Of a stretch of DNA of 64,000 bases, positions 40,362-51,840 are shown one piece after another (position 1 is the stretch's first letter; each line of letters begins with the position of its first letter). The position numbers and the translations under genes were made by a program. The notes under the pieces are model-generated. The model saw only the letters and a program-made list of their open reading frames with translations. It was not told where the DNA came from and searched no databases. The stretch comes from Tubulanus polymorphus (lineage: Eukaryota; Animalia; Nemertea), in assembly GCF_964204645.1 (NCBI RefSeq), contig NC_134034.1, forward strand, positions 744,001 through 808,000. Reading direction: 5' to 3'.

Positions 40362-40516
40362 CTAAGCACCTTGTTTGAGTTCGGACGGTGACGCGGATCT
40401 CGGAGGTGGGGTTACATCTCGTGTCGTAGAACAACAACCGCCGACTGATCGCTTCTGATCCGAGCTGAACTGATCACTAAACGTCGACTACAAAATCAGA
40501 AATATTAATGATAATG

Positions 40517-40614
<98 letters not shown>

Positions 40615-43600
40615 TTATTTCTTATATAGCGCATAACTAAAATAATAATCTATGCGCTGTACAAAGGGTTAATACATTTACATAAAATGAAGAACTTAAT
40701 AACATAGCATATGATAAAACATCAGGAGCAAAGACACAGTAAAATAACTTACAATATATATTAAACATTTATATTCAAATGAAACAATATGTAGAACGGT
40801 AACTTTCGGGACCATCAATATTCATCCGATATAAGCGATTATCCGACTTTCGCTGATCCGTGACTTACGCAAGGTTGGGTACTTTACAAATTCATAATCA
40901 TATCCCTTTGCTCGGAGGTAAAAAGTAAGCTATACCGTATAAAACCGTATCCGTACGCGGGAACCAATCGGTGGGCAGTATAGCCAGCGAAAGTAGCGCG
41001 TACGATGACGTATATGCAAATTACGAACCTTTTTATCTTTAGATCTTTGCGCGGCGCGATATAAACACTCAAATATGGCGACGACGACCGCTACGATAAC
41101 ACCGAGCACCAGAATGACGAAGGCTCCTCGTATTTCAGACACTCCGATGTTTACATGACGCGGAAGCTTATCATCGTCATCCTGCACGCAGCTGTTCGAG
41201 TGAAACCATTTCCGATAGAGTTGATGCAACCTTCCACTTTCTTGTAATTTCAACAGAGCCAAGTTGACCGAATCCTTGTATGGGGATCCTTTCAAAAATT
41301 TGAAAACGAATAATTACTCATTTGATATCTTTTACATTCAACGAGGACCCCATCTCTTTATAAACAAATTATTTTACCAGCAATGCCTTCACTTTGATTT
41401 CTATATTCTTAATCGCAAACGTTAAAGATTAGTCATGTCTTTAGATAAGTATTGATTTTTGGGGCTTATATATAGCGCCATCTTTGTTCATTGTTTAACA
41501 GTCATTTAGAGTCTCACTGTAGCACCATTTGCTCCCATCGAGAATGGCACGGTCCGTGCTGTGGCTGGAGGATAGTAATGCTATCAGGTTCGAGTCCCGA
41601 CCGGGGGAACATGCTGTAGCATATTTACCTTTCGGGAAAGCGAGTCCATAACCTTTCGAATCGAGAAGACCTCCGACTTTCATCAGGGAGCATTCGCGCT
41701 GGACGATGTAATCGATCGTCGTCGATTCGGCGATAAAGGCGTAATTTCCTCTTCTGGCGCGTTCGAATCCTTCTTTACTTGTTCTCACAAATACAGACGG
41801 CTCATGCGTGCTCATAAACTGCCACATCTTCTCGTAGACAGATATCTTTGACTGCAATAAGATACAATTCACGTGCGGTTATTAGGAACTTAATCTTTAA
41901 ATATTATACTCGGATCATCTTTAACAACATGGATGGAAGGATAGCACACTTCAACTTTGCTCAAGGAAGAACTAAATTGCTTAAGTATCAAAATTCCCAT
42001 AGAGGAACTTCTATAGAGGTAATTTGGGGTTCTTCAACATTTCCTTTCGAGCTACATTTATAATCCCTCCACCGCCTCAGCTGTTCTCTGGTGAAGGAAT
42101 AGACCCAAAATCTTGAAAGAAATGTTCTTTTCGAGCTAAAGTTTCAAGTCTATACTTTGACTCATCTTCAATGATATTGGAACTTCAAACGTCATTAGAA
42201 ACACAAAAAGGGGACGCTAGTTCTACATGAAGGGTTTCTGACTTTAAAAGATTGAAAATCATTACTGTTTTGAAAAACGTCATCGTTGAACCGCCAGCTA
42301 TTGTTCCGTACTTGATTTTGGTCTGAGCTGCGAGGTCAGATGCACTTTCTACGGTTGGTTTCGGCATACTGTTGGAAACGACCCCGATTATTGACGAGAG
42401 CGAAGCCACATAGGTGGCAAATACAAAAAATGAAAATATCCACCAGACGGCGCTGACTATACGAACTGATAACGAGATTGGTGTCAAACCTGTAAATAAA
42501 AATCAATCCCATGTACAATAAACTTGTTTTGATTACACAATTCTCTGAGTTTAAGGCGTTGAGTGTGGCTTCAATACTCTGATATGGCTGCTTTGCGGCC
42601 ATTTTGAATATTCAAATTAATTACAAGTTATTCACAATCAAATCCTCTCTTAAAATATGGAAGGTCCTAGTATAGATAAGCATCAAATTTTTTCAGATAG
42701 CCGCCTTGTGGCAATTTTAGCTTTGATTCTATTTACCAGCTTTGCCCGGAAATCCGAACAGAAACCAAGCGCTGTTGAGGCACGAGAATGCGTTTCGTTC
42801 CTCGATATCGGAGTGATCGGAGTTTGGGTTTTGTTGCCACTCTGTGAATCTGCCGAGTAGGAATAGTATGAAACTCATAACGGCGTACGCGATAACTATA
42901 AACACCCAAACCTCCACCTCAAACGGGGCCAATATTGCGAACATCGACGACTGGCGCTCCCTGGTGGGTTTCCGCATAAGTATAGTAGTGCCGAGCTTCA
43001 AGTAAGGTTTGCTGAAATCTACAACTTGTGATCTGATGTAGGATATCGTTAAAGCTGCAGCCGACATATCCACTGTCTGAAATAACGAGAAAAAAACCAA
43101 TCAATACTTGACGACAGCGTCTACAGTATGCAAATTACTTGACTACAGTGTATACAGTATGCAAATTACTTGACGACTGTATCTACCGTATGCAAATTAC
43201 TTGACGACTGTATCTACAGTATGCAAATTAGTTGATGACAGTATTTAACAGTATGTATGATCACCTGCTTAAATATGATAATTACCTAGACGAAAATTAA
43301 CTTTCCCATATTCAAATTAATTTTACGAGAGTTCCTAGAAGACATGTATATGCAAATTACCTTGTTGAGCAGTTCGCCAATCATCCCGTTCCATTTGCCG
43401 TCTGGCGTGAGAGCCCCGTATCTCCCGTCGGCGACTAACTTCAATTTGTACTTGAAACCGACTTCATCAGCGAGAGCGTTCACTAAATCAACGATATATC
43501 CTTCAAAAGTCCCGGCAGAAGTTATCATGAGAAACGGTTTCTCCTGAATCAAATAAATCATACATTTTAAAATGAACTGTTAATTACATTAAAGCGGCCA

Positions 43601-44431
43601 TCTCGGATCTCGCACAATTTCGATTAGACCACGCGAGACTTTATCAAAATCCAAGATGGCCGCTGTAATGTGAAATAGGCCGGTTAACAGCACTTACTGT
43701 AATTGTAGTGATTTTCAGTTCACCGGGAGGCTCTGAAAGTATATTGATTACAAGACTCATACAGAACAATAATCGCAAAAACCGACAATATATACACAGG
43801 ATCTGGTTGAGAGGACATTTTCACGAGTCCTTCTCAGGAAAGAAATTGTGTAAACCTGCTGCAAATTTGACACCGATTCTCTGGAAATTGCATGTTTTCC
43901 TATGCATTCGTATTTTCGAAGAATCCTAACACCAATAGGGAAACCCTGCACCCATTTATTCATTAAGTTTTTGAACTGTTCGCTGACGAATTGAGGTCCT
44001 TTGTCACTGACTAAGATATCAGGAATACCAAATCATGCCAAATGATCCTTCAGTTTACTAATGACCACGTTCGATTTCGTGGAGTATCTCGGTCATCTCC
44101 CAGTAATTGCTCAAATAATCGACTGTTATCAGGTAATCTACCGCGTCTATTTCGAAAAGGTCACAACCTATTTTTTCCCAGGGTCGCGATACGGTTTTCG
44201 GCAAAAATTCACAGTCCGGTGTCATATGCGGGCTCGAAACTTGAATGTAGTGCAGGCTATCTCAAGGGCGAGGGGGGAATTACGGAACAATTCTTGATCA
44301 ACGTTCTGTTCACGCATATGTTATAGAAAATGTTTTAGAGAGAACTTACTTGGTGTCGCCTGAGCTGCAGTCATCGAGGTCGCTGTCACCATCAGTAACA
44401 GAAAACTAACCAACAAATTCATTGCATCCAT
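40362..44431 (-). CDS. Ionotropic glutamate receptor, kainate-like ligand-binding domain, no amino-terminal domain, 8 exons, ~490 aa
   Basis: Exons (-): 44431-44350 (signal peptide [27 protein letters not shown]), 43732-43698 ([11 protein letters not shown]), 43543-43361 (EKPF...DGRYG...WNGMIGEL), 43076-42737 ([17 protein letters not shown]1, M2), 42489-42266 (M3, GSTMTFFK), 41851-41629 ([17 protein letters not shown]), 41288-41029 (GSPYK..., M4), 40487-40362 (tail, TAG). All GT-AG, phases consistent, 1,473 nt. Last exon is less certain. Confidence 0.9.
40507..40613. repeat. (TAA)n microsatellite in the last iGluR intron
   Basis: About 35 taa units. Confidence 0.95.
43105..43252. repeat. ~31-bp minisatellite in iGluR intron 3
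   Basis: acttgacgactgtatctacagtatgcaaatt, ~4.5 copies. Confidence 0.85.
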
Positions 44432-45674
44432 TTCATAAAATCACTATTCAACTTCACGCAATGAACCGTGAAGCTAAAACTCGATTATATATTAATATAG
44501 TTTGTAGCGCGCAGTACGGCTTATCCCCGAATAGCAGTAACAGGTAATATATAGATACTGTGTGTAGAACGCAGCCGCGTCAAACAGTGAGGTAAACCCG
44601 CCGCGGATTCATGCTGAGATAACAATACTCAATTGGGTTACCGCTGCTACTGGCTGCTGCTGCTGTTGTTGTTTTTTGAAAAGTAGGACGAACATCAACG
44701 GAAATAAGTATTTATCGAAAATTGCGGTCACACAATAATTAAAGTCAATCGTTTCTGTCCCGCGCGGTCGCAGACGCAATCTGGCGGTGACGACTGTAAT
44801 ACTATAATGGTCAAAGTGAAAGTGTAAAATAAAAATGAATGCAGTAAAAAAAGAATTGTTTGATTTATTACGAGAAATATAACTTCATTGAATATCGTTT
44901 TATATGAATCTATACATCGGTTAACGTAGACTGGTTGCCAGTCCCATTCAATATGTAATATCTAATATCTAATTGAATATAGAGACCGGTAACCAAACCG
45001 GACGATAGCCTAAACTGGTGACGACTTCAGTCAAAACTTCCAGACATCTAGAGCAACGACTATACCGTCAGGTGCTGCCGCCATGCTCGATGTTGGCGGG
45101 TCTTTCATAAACTAACGTGAAAAGGAACCATTCCGACTCAGGCAATCGAGTTCGATTAACTGCTAACAACTTCCGTACAATAACAACTACAAGGAATTAG
45201 ATGAAATAAGTTGTATATTCACAATTTTATTTTAACGTAAAATATCTTTTTATTCAATTAACAGTGCAAAAATACACATTAAAAACCACTAAAAAATTTA
45301 TAATAAATTTGAATCGAGTGATGAAATAAATTTGAATCGAGTGATACCGAATCCAGTGTTCACTTCACGACGGTTACGCAATATGAAGCTAATTTACCAA
45401 AGGCCCTGAATTTATCGGCAAAGAAAGATATAATTCACGTTACATCAGTAGTTTCAAGGCACCGCCTGGTCTAGTCTATTAGATCTAGCCGCGGCCGGTT
45501 CTAGAGGGGTCCGTAACAACGTCCTGGTTGTCCAGATTAAAAATTGTTTATAGGCCTACATCCTCGCTTGCCAGGGTTTGATTGCGATGAAATTCTGGAT
45601 AGACATTGTCATCATCCACGACAACTATTCCGAAGTGAGGGTATCCCAAAATTAAACTAATTTTAGTCTTGTGC

Positions 45675-45900
45675 AGTTAGCTAGCTCAGTTGGTTGAGTG
45701 GAGGTCTGCGAACCGAGAGGTCCTTAGTTCGAAACCACCTCTGGCATTGGATGTCGAGACACATACATGGACTAAGCTCTGCTAACTTAAGTCAGGTTGT
45801 GAGCCATAACAACCTATAAAAAGGCTCTGGCCGTCTCTTAAGACCCACTAGAGTTACACTGTTACTTGCAGTTGGGACGTACAACTCTTCTAAACTTTAC
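45675..45900 (+). mobile_element. tRNA-derived SINE (second copy 55458-55683)
   Basis: A-box tagctcagttgg, B-box gttcgaaacc, followed by a non-tRNA body. Confidence 0.55.
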
Positions 45901-46034
45901 ACCAGGATAAAACAACTAATTCATATCGACATTAAATACTATTTATTGTAATAACTTTGTACAAAAAACAATTTATACAATATGTTGAATAAAATCTGGT
46001 CTGGTGTTGATTGTAGAATTCTGGCTGCCGTTCG

Positions 46035-47501
46035 TTATTGCCACAATAAACTAAAATAGAGACAAAAACATCATAAATCACTACCTAGCAACTATGATGG
46101 GAAGGGTGAGACAACAGGCGCGGATCCAGACTATCGATCATGCAGCACGTGCGGTAGTCGCAGTTTTCAAATGCCTTTAAAAAATTCATGTTTCGGGAAA
46201 AAAGTAAATAAAAGGGCACACAATTTGTGCGCCATAAAAAATAATTGCCCTTCTGTACTAGGACTAAAGCAAAATGTGAATGAAAATAAATTGCCCAAAA
46301 TAAAAAAGGCAATCTAAGGCATTTTTCTTTACTCAAACGGGCACTATTCTAAAAGAGACATTATTGTTGCTCTATAAATCTAATCGAAAAAGGGCAAATT
46401 TCGCCAAAAATCTAAAAAAGGTACACAAGTGGCATGATACAAATAAATGGCACTCAAAATCAAACTCAATCGCTGGACATTAATACTGGCCATTTTCAAA
46501 GTTGGTGCCCTTTTTTCACTGTGCCGTAGTCACTGAATGGACCTGGATCCACGCCTGGACAATAGCAACAACAAAGTCTCTAAATCCTGAAAGGGCAATT
46601 TCCATCTTCCAGCGTGAAATCCAGTATCAATGACCCCCCGGTGACAGTGTGGATCCAGTTATTGCTGTGACATGTCGTTGTGGTTTCTCCTATAGAGGCC
46701 TACGTACGTACCTGAGTACTGTTATTTCTGGCATACCCGGTTCTGCGCCTTTCTTGAAACCTGACAAAAATTAAAACCCAACATTCAGTAAAAACGTCAA
46801 AATCTCTTCTTCATATCACCTGCAACCATTGAACTGTATGTACACCAAAATAAACTTGCGTTTGAACGGAATAGTATCTCGGTCAAAAGTAACCCGGACA
46901 AAGAGGAACTCACAATTTTCGGATATTCAATAAAATTCATCAATTCGGGGTATATTTAGATCCTATAACCGAGTCGTACACAAAATGGTGGCTTTTTCAA
47001 ATGATAAGATCAGAAGGGTTAGTATCAAGAGGGTTTAGGGTTAGGTGAGGCTTTAGGGTTAGTATTAGGTGAGGCTTTACAGTTTATTACTATAAGGTAG
47101 CTTAAGGTAAGATTATATGAAGTTATAAAACCAGTGAACTGGCAAGCTAGCATCGCTAGCACCTCGGGATAGCGTTATGCTTGCGCTCACATGGTTGCGT
47201 GTTCGAGTCCTGATTTTTAGTTACTTTTCAAGAGTTTTCTAAGTCCAGGCAGTGCGCATGCGCGACGAGTCAGTTATAGGATCTAACATCTACCCCAGTA
47301 CCGGGTTAGGAGTAGTTTACCGGTACAAAACGTAGTATATATCAATTTCATTAGCAAATAAACTGAATTTAAATTGTGTTTTGACTGTTCTCGCTTACCT
47401 AGATATAACACGGTAGGAATGAATCCCCAATGAAACGCTGTTTTACCAATAGAAAATACCGTCGAAATTCTCTTCTTCATCGCTGTACTTAATTTAACCA
47501 T
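46035..47501 (-). CDS. TOMM7: Mitochondrial import receptor subunit TOM7, copy 1 (55 aa)
   Basis: Exons 47501-47399, 46760-46712, 46050-46035 give MVKLSTAMKKRISTVFSIGKTAFHWGFIPTVLYLGFKKGAEPGMPEITVLSLLWQ*; WGFIP and G.EPGMPE..VLSLLW are Tom7 signatures; AATAAA at ~45942-45947. Confidence 0.97.
46115..46557. mobile_element. Non-autonomous DNA transposon in TOMM7 intron 2, TIR CAGGCGYGGATCCAG, 5-bp TSD GACAA (copy 55898-56340)
   Basis: gacaa|caggcgcggatccag ... ctggatccacgcctg|gacaa; internal aaagggca subrepeats. Confidence 0.8.
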
Positions 47502-48239
47502 GATTTCTGTGAGATTTATTCGCTGTTCTTTTCGTGTGAAATGTTTTCAATACGGCGAGGTAAGACTGAACTGAAGAACGCGCAGCTCAAGCGCGGTGGA
47601 ATCGTGAGCGTCTGTGTAGTGTAACACCACGAAAACTCCAACACGAAATGTCGAGTCATTAGAAAAATCAAATATAAATCAAATTATATTGGGTCCGTTG
47701 CCCTCTACATGTTTCCCTGGTCCGAAGGGGTTGTTCAGATTGTAGATTGATACCCGCTGCGAGTCGTGCGAGAAATTAAATCAAAAGAAGTTTGATATGT
47801 TTCAAAAAATGAAAAGAAAACGGCTAACAAAATTGATACGTTTCTACAGGCCCGCGGCCGTCGCGACTCGGCCGGCCGCCTCTCAATACATTACTTTTTT
47901 CTAAAATCATGATTTAACAGACCCGGCAGTTATAGAAATGAACTGATTTTAAAACCGATTACACTGGAACGCACCTGCCTGAAAGAGTTTCAGATGGAAC
48001 TGATCTTTTACAATCCTCAATCGGTTTGTGAAACGGGATTTCTGGCGGAGTTTTAAGTCATCGAAAAAAATATCGTCAAGTGTCTCTGGTATATCAGACA
48101 CTGGATAAACACTAAATTTCTAATCGGGAGAAGTCATCACATTACTGAAGTCTTTATTTTTGAGTCCTATTACAATTCAACTAACGACTTCAGAGCTTGA
48201 ATGTATTTCATACAATGATTTGCACTATTGGACCTGACT

Positions 48240-48781
48240 CTATTTAGAACAGGCCTTCAAGCAAGCTTTCTTCGTTTGGAAGTTGTTCGCGTTTCCTTTG
48301 CAGCCTCCGTACACGAATTCTTCACAAGTTCCCGTGGCGGAATTATAGTGGAATCGAATAAACATGGCCTCACATGGTCCAGTCGATTTGGGCAGGTCAC
48401 ACGGTGCTGAAATATATCAAAATTATACCAAGCCTTACTACTGGGAGTTGCCGAATAGATTATGCAAATTACGATAAAATGTTTAGTATGAGCTTACACT
48501 TTGACGCCTGTATTCTGCTGCCCGCTAATATCGTCTGCAATGAATATTAAAGGCGTAACTTCATTTATGATACCGGCAGCTTTTACTTGAATTTTTCTAA
48601 AACCTGCGAAAAGGTCTCCTAGTTCAACAATTAACCATTCCAGTTAAATCTGGACTCAATATTCTGGAACCAGTTCCACAATCGACCCATTCAAACAAGA
48701 ATGACGGTATCTAAAAGAGTTAAAATAACTTACGCACAAAAGAACGCAAATTATAATTGAACTCGGTCGTGAATGATGCAT
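48240..48781 (-). CDS. Secreted single-domain Kunitz/BPTI protein, P1 = Glu (Kunitz-1, 83 aa)
   Basis: Exons 48781-48734, 48534-48498, 48406-48240: MHHSRPSSIIICVLLC-TILAGSRIQASK-SPCDLPKSTGPCEAMFIRFHYNSATGTCEEFVYGGCKGNANNFQTKKACLKACSK*; six canonical Cys; TATAAAA at 48830-48836. Not in the ORF track. Confidence 0.92.
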
Positions 48782-49001
48782 CTTTCAGAAATCAACGTGT
48801 GAACTATGAGTACCGCCACGTCCAGCCTGTTTTATATCGAGTCAAATCGATAATTTTTACTAGTCATCATTTTTCAAATCTGTTTCTAATTTATTTGTTT
48901 TGTGTCGTCTGCCGTAGATACAGGAGATAACGGAAACACGTGACGTTTTTCTCATTAAGTGATATTCGAACAGGGGTCGGGCGGGAAGGCGGTAGAGGTC
49001 T

Positions 49002-49160
49002 CACGCTGCTGAAAGGGTGTCTCCAGGCGGAGAGGCCGGTTCCACGCTGCTGAAAGGGTGTCTCCAGGCGGAGAGGCCGGTTCCACGCTGCTGAGAGGGT
49101 GTCTCCAGGCGGAGCGGAGAGGCCGGTTCCACGCTGCTGAGAGGATGTCTCCAGGTGGAG
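49002..49160. repeat. 41-bp GC-rich minisatellite (copy 58785-58943)
   Basis: cacgctgctgaaagggtgtctccaggcggagaggccggttc, ~4 copies. Confidence 0.9.
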
Positions 49161-49460
49161 GATGGTTCCAGCTACGAGAGCGTGTGCCTTCCGGACTGCT
49201 GAGAAGGTGCCTTCAACAAGGTGCAGGAGATTTTTAGCCCTCATTGGTGCTGTTTAACGTCAAAAGATAATCAATTCCAGTTTAAATTCGAATTTTATTT
49301 GATACAGAAAAAACAATTTCTAGTAACGGAAAAATGAATTCAAAACAAACATTTGCTATATCATCACATACAACGATATAACTTATAAATCAACAATCTT
49401 CAAATGACATAGTTTTCAGTAATCGCCCCAGGAGAGACCAGTCCCGCATAGTAATATCAC

Positions 49461-50833
49461 CTATTCTGCCTGCAAGAAATAGAATTTTATGGTGGTATTT
49501 CATTAATTTCATATGGATTGTTGAAGCGACAAGGTAATGATCCTCCGGGTCAATTCCGTAGTCGAGACTTGAAACTAAAATCCTAAGACTGGTCTTAAAT
49601 AAAACATTAGATTGTCTACAGAAGAAAGATGGTCTCGGTCTATACCTCTAGACTATGGGACCAGCCGCTGGTTTTGATATCAAATTTCTATATTTCAAAC
49701 TAATATGATTTGTTATTTCAAACTGCTGAACAAACCTTCACAATACAAGAGCCTTGTTTTAATAACGCGGCGCATCTTTCGCAATCTTTCGGTTCTTCTG
49801 GTATCATTGTTCTGTAAAAAACAAACAAACATAATTTCTCAATGTGCCATATTCACCATTAAGGCTTAAGTCATGATCAAGCTAAACTATAATCAACAGA
49901 CCCGGTAGTTATAGAAATGAACTGATTGCGGTTTACAAAAGTGACCCGGCCGATTAGGAGAAACAAGGTATCATTTTCAGCCCAATCATTGGTTTCTGAG
50001 ATGAGGGCTCAGAGTTGTGATGGGTTCATGATACAGTTTTACCCATATTAGACCAGTAATGCTCGGACAATGGTTGATATTTACTTGTAAATGCAGCGGG
50101 CCTCGCAAAGTTCCTTGGCTAGGAAGTTATTTTTATTTCCCTTACATCCGCTGAAATAGAACTTTTCGCAGTTCTTGGTCTCGTGGTTGAAGAAATATCT
50201 CAGCGTTTTGAATTCAAAAATAACATCCATACAAACACCTTTTATTGCAGGTAGGTAACACTCCACTATAGATTATAAATAGAAAAACACTTTCATTTCA
50301 TATCAGGCCTACTTAAACACGACCTGAGCTCAATGGAGGATTTGTGTGGACTTGGATGGACAACTATGGAATAGATTGAAAAACTCGGAAGTTGTGAATG
50401 GACAGGCGCGGGACTGGTTGGACTTGGTGTGCGGCCGGACCGTTACAGAACTTAGTGGACAAATGTGGGTTTTCACCCAGTCCTGGAAGTGGTTGTAGCA
50501 CCAGTGGACTCCGTCGATCCAGGATCCTCTGTGGTCTTAAACATCAGACACTTCGGTGCTCGGGTGGACAACTGTGGAACTTAATAGGCAACAACTGTGT
50601 TGGCATGGCCACTTGCGGGTTGGGTGCACAGCTTCAAAAAATGCTGAAATACAAAATGGCAGATATTACTTACTTGGTCTTAGCTCAATGCATTGACTGT
50701 AGGCGAAAATAGTCTGAAAAATTTGAAATAGACATAAGAATTAGTGCTGAATCTAGGACTGCTCCATGGTTACCGAATATACGTAGGTTGCACATACCCA
50801 TAAACAGATAACTCCTATTGAAAGGTTGTTCAT
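49461..50833 (-). CDS. Secreted Kunitz protein with loop insertion and Cys-rich tail (Kunitz-2, 113 aa)
   Basis: Exons 50833-50798, 50713-50674, 50265-50085, 49811-49736, 49469-49461: MNNLSIGVICLWTIFAYSQCIELRPMECYLPAIKGVCMDVIFEFKTLRYFFNHETKNCEKFYFSGCKGNKNNFLAKELCEARCIYKTMIPEEPKDCERCAALLKQGSCIVKAE*; TATATA ~50881-50886, AATAAA ~49294-49299. Confidence 0.88.
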
Positions 50834-51760
50834 CGTGTTGAAGGTTGACTGATATTGAGTCTACTCGGCATCCTGCTCTCTATATATTCAATCGTCCATA
50901 TAAATATCATTCATTATCATTTGTTTGATCCACACGTAAAAAATTGTGTAACAGTTCGACGATAGAGCACATAGTCAACCGGGTATGGATTAATTTTTAT
51001 GTTTACCAAACATGTCCTATCTCTCAAATTGTTTCTAGTGCATCTGAAGTCGTTCTCTCTCCATTCCTGTCGAGACAGTGATTATAGGCTGGGAGAGGGT
51101 GGCTCCAGCATGAAAGTGGCTGACGCGAGAGAGCGGAGCGAGGGAGAGAGGGAGACGGAGGGAGACGGAGGGAGAGGGAGGGAGACGGAGGGAGAGAGGG
51201 TGCTAGGATATCCCCCGACAAAAATGCAACCAAAAATAATTCACAAGTTTGTTTCAATTTTTGATAAAACTTTTATTTAATGATTTTTGTACATAAGATG
51301 CAACTTCATTTGCTGTTCATATAAGGAGCTTCGTCAAATCGATAATTTTTACTAGTCGTCATTTTTCAAATCTGTTCTTAATTTATTTGTTTTTTGTCGT
51401 CTGCCGTGGATACAAGAGATAACGGAAACACGTGACGTTTTTCTCATTAAGTGATATTCGAACAGGGATCGGGCGGGAAGGCGGTAGACATCCGCAATGG
51501 CAAACTCACTAACAACCCAATGAATTTTCCGGCACAACAAACAATATTTAAAGCAGTATTCAACCATTATCCGTCGGATGGGCTCTTGCGAAACTTATGA
51601 TATGGATATCTTAATAAATAATCATACTAAATAATGTATTATAATATACTATCAAACTATCATTACCAATCACCATGTCTAACTGGTTACTACCGCAATG
51701 GGTCACCACCATGTCTGACCAGATTCCTGACCAGCCAAGTTTACCAATTTCGTCCGGTTC

Positions 51761-51840
51761 TATGGTCTAGTGGTTAGAATGCTCGACTGTCATGCTCGTG
51801 GTCGAGGGTTCGTGTCCGGTTCAGGGTTCCCCGCTGGACC
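51761..51840 (+). mobile_element. tRNA-derived SINE head / tRNA-like pseudogene (copy 61544-61623)
   Basis: tggtctagtggttag A-box, ctGTCat loop, degenerate B-box ggttcgtgtcc; resembles 8256-8345. Confidence 0.5.

Noticed and set aside
47017-47080. TTAGGG-like repeats in TOMM7 intron 1
   Set aside because: Short and degenerate; not evidence of an interstitial telomere.
50320-50643. Ser/Thr/Pro-rich candidate exon in Kunitz-2 intron 2
   Set aside because: Has an AG acceptor but stops in the frames checked, including the required phase; the gene splices in frame without it.
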